From: Lachnospiraceae bacterium
GTDB lineage: Bacteria > Bacillota > Clostridia > Lachnospirales > Lachnospiraceae
Assembly: GCA_017624835.1 (NCBI GenBank)
Contig: JAGAMG010000046.1
Span: forward strand, 45,152-109,151
Direction: 5' to 3'
DNA length: 64,000 nucleotides
The notes under the pieces were generated by a model. The model searched no databases, was not told where the DNA came from, and saw only the letters and a list, made by a program, of their open reading frames with translations. Positions 56,152 to 64,000 of the stretch are shown in pieces (position 1 is the stretch's first letter; every line of letters starts with the position of its first letter). The position numbers and the translations under genes are program-made.

Positions 56152-57504
56152 ATGAAAAGAAAAATTAATCAAATGCTGGTGTTGATTGCAACACTGGCAA
56201 TTTTTCTTACTATGGTTTTAATTACTGTAGTATATTATGATTTGTTTCGCAAGCAGGTTATGGAGGATTTGCAGGTTTATGCGGGACTTATCGGAGATAA
56301 TCTTACCATAGAGAATATCAGTGAAACCAAAGAATATTTAAATACAGAATATTTAAATAAAGAGGCATTGCGAATTACAGTTATCGGTAGCGATGGAAAA
56401 GTAGATTTTGACAGTGAAGCAGATTCTGAGCAGATGGAGAATCATAGCAAAAGACCGGAAATTATTGCTGCTATGGAGTCTGGTGAAGGACAGGCTATGA
56501 GAAATTCGGAAACCCTGTCAAGAAATACCTTTTATTATGCAGTTCGTTTGGAAAACGGATACATATTGCGTGTGGCAAAGGATGCAGGAAGCATTTTGGG
56601 TATCTTTGTCAGGACGATTCCCAGTCTTTTGGTAGTGTTGGGACTTTTGGTAGTGGCATGCTTGTTTGTGGCTCATTTCTTAACCGTTAAGCTGATTCAG
56701 CCAATTGAAAAGCTGGCGGAAAATCTGGATGAATATAATGATAAATCCGATTATGAGGAGCTGACCCCTTTTATCCATATGATAAAAAAGCAGCATCAGG
56801 ATATTATGAAGAATGCCAGAATCCGACAGGAATTTACAGCCAACGTGTCCCATGAATTAAAAACTCCGTTGACTTCCATATCCGGCTATGCAGAGTTGAT
56901 TGAGACGGGAATGGCATCGGAAAAGGATGTGGCACGATTTGCCCATGGGATTCACAGCAGTGCCAATCGGCTTTTAACGTTGATTAATGATATTATCCGA
57001 TTATCCGAGCTGGATGGTGCAGAGCAGGAGATTGTGATGGAGCAGGTAAATCTCTATGAGTTGGCAGATACCTGTGTGGAGATGCTTACCATGAATGCGG
57101 AAAAGCATGATGTTACCATTTCACTACAAGGTACTGAGTGCTATGTAAAAGGTAATAAGCAGATGCTGGAGGAGCTTCTCTACAATCTATGTGATAATGC
57201 CATTCGTTATAATAATCCGGAGGGTAAGGTTGTGGTAGAGGTATATCCTAAAAAAGAGCAGGCTTATCTGGTGGTAAAGGATACGGGAATCGGCATTTCC
57301 ACGGAGCATCAGGAACGAATATTTGAGCGATTTTATCGTGTGGATAAAAGTCGTTCCAAGTCGACCGGGGGAACCGGACTTGGTCTTGCCATTGTAAAGC
57401 ATATTATTGCAAGGCATAATGCTACGTTGGAGCTTGAAAGTGAAGCGGGAAAAGGAACAAAGATAAAAGTAATATTCGGAAATGAAAGCAGGCAGATGCA
57501 TTAA
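56152..57504 (+). CDS. Sensor histidine kinase (probable PhoR)
   Basis: ENHSKRPE, ANVSHELKTPLT, NLCDNAIRY, FERFYRVDKSRS, GTGLGL. Confidence 0.88.
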   Translation: MKRKINQMLVLIATLAIFLTMVLITVVYYDLFRKQVMEDLQVYAGLIGDNLTIENISETKEYLNTEYLNKEALRITVIGSDGKVDFDSEADSEQMENHSKRPEIIAAMESGEGQAMRNSETLSRNTFYYAVRLENGYILRVAKDAGSILGIFVRTIPSLLVVLGLLVVACLFVAHFLTVKLIQPIEKLAENLDEYNDKSDYEELTPFIHMIKKQHQDIMKNARIRQEFTANVSHELKTPLTSISGYAELIETGMASEKDVARFAHGIHSSANRLLTLINDIIRLSELDGAEQEIVMEQVNLYELADTCVEMLTMNAEKHDVTISLQGTECYVKGNKQMLEELLYNLCDNAIRYNNPEGKVVVEVYPKKEQAYLVVKDTGIGISTEHQERIFERFYRVDKSRSKSTGGTGLGLAIVKHIIARHNATLELESEAGKGTKIKVIFGNESRQMH

Positions 57505-58814
57505 GCATCTGCCTGTGTATTTTCTGTGGAAGCTTCTTCCTCATGGTTTTCTGTTTCGTCTTCCTCTTTTTCGGGAAGGGTCATAAGTACCTTAACAATA
57601 CGATTTTGTTCAATACCTTGAACCTTTAATGCAATGCCATTTGGCAGAGTAACTTCTTCTTCGTCCTCCGGCAGACGATCAAGGCATTCAATAATGATTC
57701 CGCCGATGGAATCATAGTCTTCGCTTTTCAATCGGGTTCCCACAGCATCGTTGATATCATCCAGCTTCATGCTGCCTTCTACCAAATAGGTGTTTTCTGC
57801 TAATTCTTTAATGAGTTCTTCCTCGTCCTCATCGTATTCATCCCGGATTTCCCCAACGATTTCTTCCAATAAATCTTCTAAGGTAATCATACCTACAGTA
57901 GCACCGTATTCATTTAATACGAAGGCTACATTAGTGGTTTTCTCGCGCATTTCATACATTAGGTCGGAAACCTTTTTAAATTCGTAAGTGTAGTGAGCAT
58001 CGCGAAGGATGTCCTTTACCGAAAATGCACTGCGGTCACCGGTTAATATGAAATCCTTAATGTTAATCAGACCGATAATATTATCTTTATCCTCCTGATA
58101 AACGGGAAGACGGGTGTACATGGATTCCCGAAAAATAGAAAGTACATCTTCATAGGAAGAATCCAGACTGACGGTTACCATGTTAATACGGGGAATCATA
58201 ATGTCCTTTGCCAGAGAATCGGAAAAATCAAACACATTATAAATCATTTCCCGTTCTTCTGATTCAATGACACCATCCTCGTGACTTACATCCACATAAG
58301 TCTTTAGCTCATTTTCTGTCATTGCATTGACCTTTTGATTAGGATCAATGTGCATGAGTCTGAGGATGAAATTAGACATTTTATCCACAATAAAGATAAC
58401 AGGGGTTAATATCTGCATCAGTCGATATATGATACCGCTGTAAAGCAGGGAAAGCTTTTCTGAACTGATACGTGCCCAGGTCTTGGGAACAATTTCACCG
58501 CATAAAAGTACTACCACAGTTAAAATACCGGTAGCAATACCTACAGCAAGATTAATCTGTAAAGCCAGGGTCGTAGCCAGGGAAGAGGCTGACAGATTGA
58601 CAATGTTATTACCAATTAATATGGTACTAATCATTTTGCCATAATTATCAAGAATTTTGTTGACTTTGGCTGCCCGTTTGTTGCCTTCTTCCTCCAAAGC
58701 ACGAATACGCACACGATTCACCGTGCTCAGTGCTGTTTCCGCAGAAGAGAAAAAGCCGGACAAAATAACTAAGATTACAAGTACTACCAGTTGTATGACA
58801 CCGGAAGGTTCCAA
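57501..58814 (-). CDS. CNNM/hemolysin-family protein (DUF21-CBS-CorC)
   Basis: GFFSSAETA, GEIVPK, IMIPR, TRLPV, TLEDLLEEIVGEI; TTG start after AAGGAG. Confidence 0.92.
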   Translation of the reverse strand: MEPSGVIQLVVLVILVILSGFFSSAETALSTVNRVRIRALEEEGNKRAAKVNKILDNYGKMISTILIGNNIVNLSASSLATTLALQINLAVGIATGILTVVVLLCGEIVPKTWARISSEKLSLLYSGIIYRLMQILTPVIFIVDKMSNFILRLMHIDPNQKVNAMTENELKTYVDVSHEDGVIESEEREMIYNVFDFSDSLAKDIMIPRINMVTVSLDSSYEDVLSIFRESMYTRLPVYQEDKDNIIGLINIKDFILTGDRSAFSVKDILRDAHYTYEFKKVSDLMYEMREKTTNVAFVLNEYGATVGMITLEDLLEEIVGEIRDEYDEDEEELIKELAENTYLVEGSMKLDDINDAVGTRLKSEDYDSIGGIIIECLDRLPEDEEEVTLPNGIALKVQGIEQNRIVKVLMTLPEKEEDETENHEEEASTENTQADA

Positions 58815-58997
58815 AAAAATTCACTCCTTTGTATAAAATATAGTTGAGAACAAAATTAAGATTTTGTTCAGATAATCAAGACTATACAATATCTGGAAAG
58901 TAGTTGTCAAGTTTTCGGGCAGAAATGAATACTTATTTAATATAAAGTTTATTTTTGTAAAATGAAATCATTTACAGGAAAGGAGAGAAAGAAATAT

Positions 58998-59375
58998 ATG
59001 GAGAAAACTTCTACGGAGAATGGTGTACCGGTACTTTTTTTATTAAAATGCATTTTGTGTTCCTACATATTTACTGCGGCAATGCTTTTACTGTTGGCAT
59101 TTCTTCTTTATAAAATGAATTTGTCAGAAAAAATGGTGTCTCTTGGGATTATAGCTATTTATGTTATATCTACTTTTTTAGGTGGATATGTGGCAGGCAA
59201 AAAGCTGCAAAGCCGGAAATTTATATGGGGGCTTCTGGTAGGAGCTGCGTATTTTTGTGTGCTGGCTGTTGTTTCTTTATTGGTAAACCAATCCGTTTCC
59301 GAATTGGAAAACTCAGTATTTACCACCATGATTCTGTGCAGTGCAGGGGGAATGTTGGGTGGAATGCTAAGTTGA
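58998..59375 (+). CDS. TIGR04086-type membrane protein
   Basis: Four TMs ending GGMLGGMLS; usual position before the SCIFF locus. Confidence 0.8.
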   Translation: MEKTSTENGVPVLFLLKCILCSYIFTAAMLLLLAFLLYKMNLSEKMVSLGIIAIYVISTFLGGYVAGKKLQSRKFIWGLLVGAAYFCVLAVVSLLVNQSVSELENSVFTTMILCSAGGMLGGMLS

Positions 59376-59491
59376 AATGCTTTTTTGACATTATTTTTCA
59401 AAAAAGTCTTTTATAATTTGCAATTATATGGTATACTACATCATGTTTATTAGTCTATTGACGTATGAGAACATAAGGAGGCTATGTTGAT

Positions 59492-59635
59492 ATGAAGCAT
59501 ATTAAGACTTTAACAACCAGAGATTTAAAGGAATCCATGAAGAAAGGCGGCTGTGGTGAGTGCCAGACTTCTTGCCAGTCTGCATGCAAGACTTCTTGTA
59601 CCGTAGGAAATCAGAGTTGCGAAAAGATTAAATAA
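59492..59635 (+). CDS. scfA: SCIFF (six-cysteine) ranthipeptide precursor, 47 aa
   Basis: Manual translation MKHIKTLTTRDLKESMKKGGCGECQTSCQSACKTSCTVGNQSCEKIK; RBS AAGGAGG. Confidence 0.96.
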   Translation: MKHIKTLTTRDLKESMKKGGCGECQTSCQSACKTSCTVGNQSCEKIK

Positions 59636-59660
59636 TCGAACAGATATGAGAGACTACTGT

Positions 59661-59686
59661 AAGCAGCGATCCCGGTCGCTGCTTCT
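59661..59686 (+). terminator. Hairpin between scfA and scfB
   Basis: AAGCAGCGA/TCGCTGCTT stem. Confidence 0.6.
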
Positions 59687-59709
59687 TGTATGTTAGAAAG
59701 GATATAAAC

Positions 59710-61095
59710 GTGATACATCAATATAAAAGTAATGGTTTTAATATTGTAATGGATGTGAACAGTGGTTCTGTTCATGTGGTGGATGAAATTGTATATGATA
59801 TGATTCCGCTGGTAGAGCCACTTGTTAATGAAGGAATTAAGGATGCAGATACCATTAAGGCAGCGGTTTTAAACCTTGCCAATATCCCTTATCCGGAGGA
59901 AGAGATTGTTGAGGCTGTGGATGAGGTTTTGGAGCTGGAAAAAGCAGGTCAGTTGTTTGCACCCGACATTTATGAGAATTATATTTTTGATTTTAAGAAC
60001 AGACAAACTGTAGTAAAGGCTCTGTGTCTGCACATTGCTCATGACTGTAATCTGGCATGTAAATATTGCTTTGCAGAGGAAGGCGAATATCATGGCAGAC
60101 GTGCATTAATGAGCTTTGAGGTGGGAAAGAAGGCATTGGATTTTCTGGTTGCCAATTCCGGCAGCCGTGTTAACCTGGAGGTGGATTTCTTTGGCGGAGA
60201 GCCTCTGATGAACTGGCAGGTGGTAAAAGACCTTGTTGCCTATGGCAGAAGTCTTGAGGAACCTAATAACAAGAAATTCCGCTTTACCCTTACTACCAAC
60301 GGTGTTTTGTTAAATGATGATATTTTAGAATTTGCCAATAAGGAAATGGCAAATATTGTTTTAAGTATTGACGGACGTAAGGAAATTCATGATATGATGC
60401 GTCCTTTCCGTGGGGGACAGGGAAGCTATGATATGATTGTCCCCAAATTCCAGAAGGTGGCGGAGAGTCGCGACCAAATGAATTATTATGTAAGAGGAAC
60501 CTTTACCCATAATAATCTGGATTTTGCAGAGGATGTGCTGCATTTGGCAGATTTAGGCTTTCAACAGATTTCTGTGGAGCCGGTAGTGGCGGATAGTAAG
60601 GAATCCTATGCCATTACAGAAGCGGATATTCCTAAGATTAAGGAAGAGTATGATAAGCTGGCGGTGGAAATGATAAAGCGTCGTAAGGAAGGAAAGCCAT
60701 TTAATTTCTTCCACTTTATGATTGATTTGTCCGGTGGTCCCTGTGTGGCAAAGCGCTTGTCCGGTTGTGGTTCCGGTACGGAATATCTGGCAGTAACCCC
60801 TTGGGGAGATTTCTATCCCTGTCATCAGTTTGTGGGCAATGAGAAGTTCCTGATGGGTAATGTGGATGAGGGCATTATCAGGGATGATATAAAGGATGAG
60901 TTCAAATGCTGTAATGTATATGCTAAGGATAAGTGTAAGAAATGCTTTGCTAAATTCTACTGTAGCGGTGGTTGTGCGGCAAATTCTTATAATTTCCATG
61001 GAAGTATCAACGATGCCTATGATATCGGCTGTGAGCTTCAGAGAAAACGTATTGAGTGTGCGATTATGATGAAGGCAGCAGAGGCACAGGAGTAG
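59710..61095 (+). CDS. scfB: SCIFF radical SAM/SPASM maturase
   Basis: CNLACKYC, FFGGEP, SPASM cysteines (CGSG, YPCH, CKKC...CSGGC); GTG start. Confidence 0.94.
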   Translation: MIHQYKSNGFNIVMDVNSGSVHVVDEIVYDMIPLVEPLVNEGIKDADTIKAAVLNLANIPYPEEEIVEAVDEVLELEKAGQLFAPDIYENYIFDFKNRQTVVKALCLHIAHDCNLACKYCFAEEGEYHGRRALMSFEVGKKALDFLVANSGSRVNLEVDFFGGEPLMNWQVVKDLVAYGRSLEEPNNKKFRFTLTTNGVLLNDDILEFANKEMANIVLSIDGRKEIHDMMRPFRGGQGSYDMIVPKFQKVAESRDQMNYYVRGTFTHNNLDFAEDVLHLADLGFQQISVEPVVADSKESYAITEADIPKIKEEYDKLAVEMIKRRKEGKPFNFFHFMIDLSGGPCVAKRLSGCGSGTEYLAVTPWGDFYPCHQFVGNEKFLMGNVDEGIIRDDIKDEFKCCNVYAKDKCKKCFAKFYCSGGCAANSYNFHGSINDAYDIGCELQRKRIECAIMMKAAEAQE

Positions 61096-61137
61096 TGTGC
61101 AAAAGGCAGGAACTTGTAAGAGAAAGGATAGAAAAAC

Positions 61138-63402
61138 ATGAAGAAAAATAGAGCAATTATCGTTCTGCTTTGTACCATTTTGGTTTTGCTGGGTGTTACC
61201 TATGTGGACATCTGGGGAATCGATGCTAAGGGTACGGGCAGTGCGTCAGACATTAAGCTGGGGCTTGACCTGGCAGGTGGTGTCAGTATTACTTATCAGG
61301 TAGTAGGAGAGGAAGAGCCTGATGAGACGGATATGAGGGATACCATTGCAAAGCTGCAGCAGCGTGTAGAAAACTATAGTACAGAGGCGATTGTATATCA
61401 GGAAGGTCTTGACCGAATCAATATTGAGATTCCGGGTGTTAGTGATGCCAATGCGATTTTACAGGAATTAGGTAAGCCCGGTGCATTGTATTTTATTGCA
61501 GAAACAGATGCGGAGGGGAATCCCAATTATTCCTTACAGCCTGTAACAGATGCAGAAGGGAATTCCGGTTATACTTATGTGTTAAATAAGACCTTGGAAG
61601 AATTGGAAGCAAATGGTGGTGTGGTATTGGTAGGTACCGATGTGAAGGATGCCAGAGCCGGTTCTTCACAGGACAATTTAGGTAATTCCACTTATGTGGT
61701 AAGTCTGGTTATGACAGAGGGCGGAACCAAGAAGTTTGAGGATGCTACCAGAAATGCTTTTGAGAAGGGGGAGACCCTTGGTATCTATTATGATGGTGCA
61801 TTTGTCAGTGTGCCCAGTGTAAATGGTGTATTTACGGATGGAAATGCAACCATTTCACCTATGGAGTCCTATGAGGCAGCAGAGAAGCTTGCTTCTACCA
61901 TTCGTATCGGTGGTCTGAAACTGGAATTGGAGGAGCTGCATTCCAAGGTGGTAGGTGCACAGCTTGGTGTGGAGGCCATTGATACCAGCCTTTTGGCAGG
62001 TGCAATCGGTTTTGTGATTGTAATTATCTTTATGATTGCAGTATACTTTATTTCCGGTTTTGCAGCATCAATTGCGCTTAGCTTATATGTTGCCCTTGTA
62101 GTTCTTTTGTTAAATGGCTTTGATATGACTCTTACCTTGTCCGGTGTGGCCGGTATTATTCTGTCCATCGGTATGGCAGTGGATGCCAATGTAATTATCT
62201 TTGCTCGTATCCGTGAGGAATTGGCAACCGGTAAGACGGTAAGAAGTGCAATTAAGATTGGTTATGAAAAGGCGTTGTCTGCAATTATTGATGGTAATAT
62301 TACTACCTTAATTGCAGCAGGTGTATTATTACTGTTGGGGCCCGGTACAGTAAAGGGCTTTGCACAGACTTTGGCTCTGGGTATTGTATTGTCCATGTTT
62401 ACGGCATTGGTAATAACTAAGTATATCATGCTGGCATTGTATGGTCTTGGCTTTAAGTCTGAGAAGTGGTATGGTGTAGGAAGAGAGCCTAAAGCTATTA
62501 ATTTCCTTGGAAAGAGAAAGCTTTTCTTTGGTATCTCTATTGCTGTGATTGTAGCAGGCTTTGTGGTAATGGGAGCATATCAGGTAAAAACCGGAGATGC
62601 TTTAAATTACAGTTTGGAGTTTAAGGGCGGTACTGCTACCACTGTTAACTTTAACGAGAGCAGAACCCTTGCAGAGGTAAACAGTGAAATCGTGCCTTTG
62701 ATTGAGGAGGTAACGGGAAGTACGGTACAGATTCAGACGGTACAGGATTCCAATGAGGTTATCTTTAAAACAAGTTCTCTTAATGTAGAAACCAGAGAAG
62801 CGTTGAATGAGATGCTAATCAGTAATTTTGGAGTGGAAGAGTCCAAGATCACTTCCGAGACCATCAGCTCTACGATTAGTGATGAAATGACTTCTGATAC
62901 CATTATGGCAGTGGTAATTGCAATTATCGGTATGTTGATTTATATCCGAATCCGATTCAGCGATATTCGCTTTGGTGTCAGCAGTATTGTGGCATTAATG
63001 CATGATGTACTGGTGGTAATTACCTTCTATGCAATAGCAAGGGTATCCGTAGGTAATACCTTTATTGCCTGTCTGTTGACTATTGTAGGTTATTCCATCA
63101 ATGCAACTATCGTTGTATTTGACCGTATCCGAGAGAATATGGCAGAGATGAATCGAAAGGATACTTTGGAGGATGTGATTAATGCAAGTATTACCCAGAC
63201 CTTGTCAAGAAGTATCTTTACTTCTCTGACCACCCTTATCATGGTAGCTGCTCTTTATATCTTAGGCGTTACCAGCATTCGGGAATTTGCATTGCCTTTG
63301 ATGGTAGGTATAGTCTGTGGTGCATACTCTTCTGTATGTCTGGCGGCTTCTATTTGGTATATGCTGCGTAAGAAGTTTCCTCAGAAGGTAAAAAAGGATT
63401 AG
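61138..63402 (+). CDS. secDF: Fused protein translocase SecD/SecF
   Basis: LGLDLAGG, GMAVDANVIIFARIREE, EFKGG, GYSINATIVVFDRIRE, QTLSRS. Confidence 0.94.
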   Translation: MKKNRAIIVLLCTILVLLGVTYVDIWGIDAKGTGSASDIKLGLDLAGGVSITYQVVGEEEPDETDMRDTIAKLQQRVENYSTEAIVYQEGLDRINIEIPGVSDANAILQELGKPGALYFIAETDAEGNPNYSLQPVTDAEGNSGYTYVLNKTLEELEANGGVVLVGTDVKDARAGSSQDNLGNSTYVVSLVMTEGGTKKFEDATRNAFEKGETLGIYYDGAFVSVPSVNGVFTDGNATISPMESYEAAEKLASTIRIGGLKLELEELHSKVVGAQLGVEAIDTSLLAGAIGFVIVIIFMIAVYFISGFAASIALSLYVALVVLLLNGFDMTLTLSGVAGIILSIGMAVDANVIIFARIREELATGKTVRSAIKIGYEKALSAIIDGNITTLIAAGVLLLLGPGTVKGFAQTLALGIVLSMFTALVITKYIMLALYGLGFKSEKWYGVGREPKAINFLGKRKLFFGISIAVIVAGFVVMGAYQVKTGDALNYSLEFKGGTATTVNFNESRTLAEVNSEIVPLIEEVTGSTVQIQTVQDSNEVIFKTSSLNVETREALNEMLISNFGVEESKITSETISSTISDEMTSDTIMAVVIAIIGMLIYIRIRFSDIRFGVSSIVALMHDVLVVITFYAIARVSVGNTFIACLLTIVGYSINATIVVFDRIRENMAEMNRKDTLEDVINASITQTLSRSIFTSLTTLIMVAALYILGVTSIREFALPLMVGIVCGAYSSVCLAASIWYMLRKKFPQKVKKD

Positions 63403-63420
63403 TAAAAAAGTAGATGTGAG

Positions 63421-63460
63421 TCCCTCCGGGTTGGGTGAACCAGCCGGGGGGATTTTTTTT
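63421..63460 (+). terminator. Terminator after secDF
   Basis: TCCCTCCGG...CCGGGGGGA followed by T8. Confidence 0.8.
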
Positions 63461-63604
63461 GAGTGGGAAGATTTGTAGGCTGGGGTGTTTTAAATGGTGG
63501 ACAGGCTGTGTTATAATGTACGCGAGCAAACCGTCTGCGAGGCAGACAATGAGCATGCAGTGCGGTTTGTGAGTGTAGATGTGAAAGGGGTTTGGAGAGT
63601 AGGT

Positions 63605-64000
63605 ATGATTGCAGAAATTTATCATAAGGTAAGAAGCTTTAGCGAAGATGAGCTGACAGGTAACTTTTTTGGAATGATGAGATATTTTCCATTTTCCAGG
63701 GGATTGCGGCGTGTCTTTTTGAAAGCTGTTAAGAGTGAAGATGTAAGAGTAAAAAGAGTGTTGAATGAAATTATTGAGGATGATTTCGAGTTTGAATTTT
63801 GGAAACGGTCGGAGAAGGGACTGGGAGAAATAGATGGGCTGATAAGAGTTGGTAAAGTGGGGATTGGAATTGAAGTTAAGTATTGTAGTGGATTGTCGGG
63901 AGAAGAGCAATTGGAGCGCGAAGCTGCCATGCTGGAGGAATGGTGCATGGGTGAACAGAAATTGCTTTTGCTGATTGCAACGGAGGAAGAGGCAGGGAAT
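63605..64000 (+). CDS. PD-(D/E)XK nuclease-like protein, 5' part (runs off window)
   Basis: Manual translation MIAEIYHKVRSFSEDELTGNFFG...GEIDGLI...GIEVKYCSGLSGEEQLERE; open to the window end. Confidence 0.72.
   Translation, partial: MIAEIYHKVRSFSEDELTGNFFGMMRYFPFSRGLRRVFLKAVKSEDVRVKRVLNEIIEDDFEFEFWKRSEKGLGEIDGLIRVGKVGIGIEVKYCSGLSGEEQLEREAAMLEEWCMGEQKLLLLIATEEEAGN

Noticed and set aside
56331-56362. 15-bp duplication in the PhoR-like kinase (EYLNT/EYLNK)
   Set aside because: In-frame micro-duplication in an extracellular loop with no evident consequence.
58848-58869. Palindrome GAACAAAAT-TAAG-ATTTTGTTC upstream of the CNNM gene as a metal riboswitch
   Set aside because: Leader is too short for an M-box or yybP-type element; it may be an operator or simple hairpin, but nothing supports a specific call.
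63350-63948. Minus-strand ORFs of 186 and 108 aa
   Set aside because: Overlap the + strand nuclease-like frame, which carries clear motifs.

Overview
64-kb chromosomal segment of a spore-forming, probably motile Firmicute; gene content and order are Lachnospiraceae/Clostridia-like (inference). The core backbone is purF, a PAS-GGDEF cyclase, purA-lysR-HAD, a SEC-C protein, a CBS (DarB/YkuL-like) protein, apt-rel-MBL hydrolase-hemZ, hisS-aspS, an Sfp-type PPTase, a heterodimeric ABC exporter, a five-gene MacAB/FtsX-like system, a pectinesterase, an amidase, a full phosphate cluster (pstSCAB-phoU-Na/Pi symporter-phoBR, with visible Pho boxes), a CNNM protein, the SCIFF ranthipeptide locus (its 47-aa precursor is missing from the ORF track), secDF and a truncated PD-(D/E)XK nuclease gene. 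About 16.4 kb of accessory DNA separates hemZ from hisS. It holds (i) a translationally coupled LytTR regulator / membrane-anchored Pro-Thr-stalk protein / GHKL kinase trio divergent from a 1523-aa beta-helix-type surface protein, (ii) a MoxR-DUF58-transglutaminase operon behind an attenuator-like leader, and (iii) an XRE regulator, a Cys-rich KTR gene and a hydrolase pseudogene. The most interesting unannotated signals are non-coding: two orphan genes with sigma-28-like promoters and GGA-loop (CsrA-type) leaders, a ~265-bp nested palindrome with GGA-loop hairpins, a candidate sigma-G-dependent C-rich small RNA, and the MoxR leader switch. I found no rRNA, tRNA, CRISPR array, integrase or transposase. 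All family calls come from motif recognition by eye, not from database searches.
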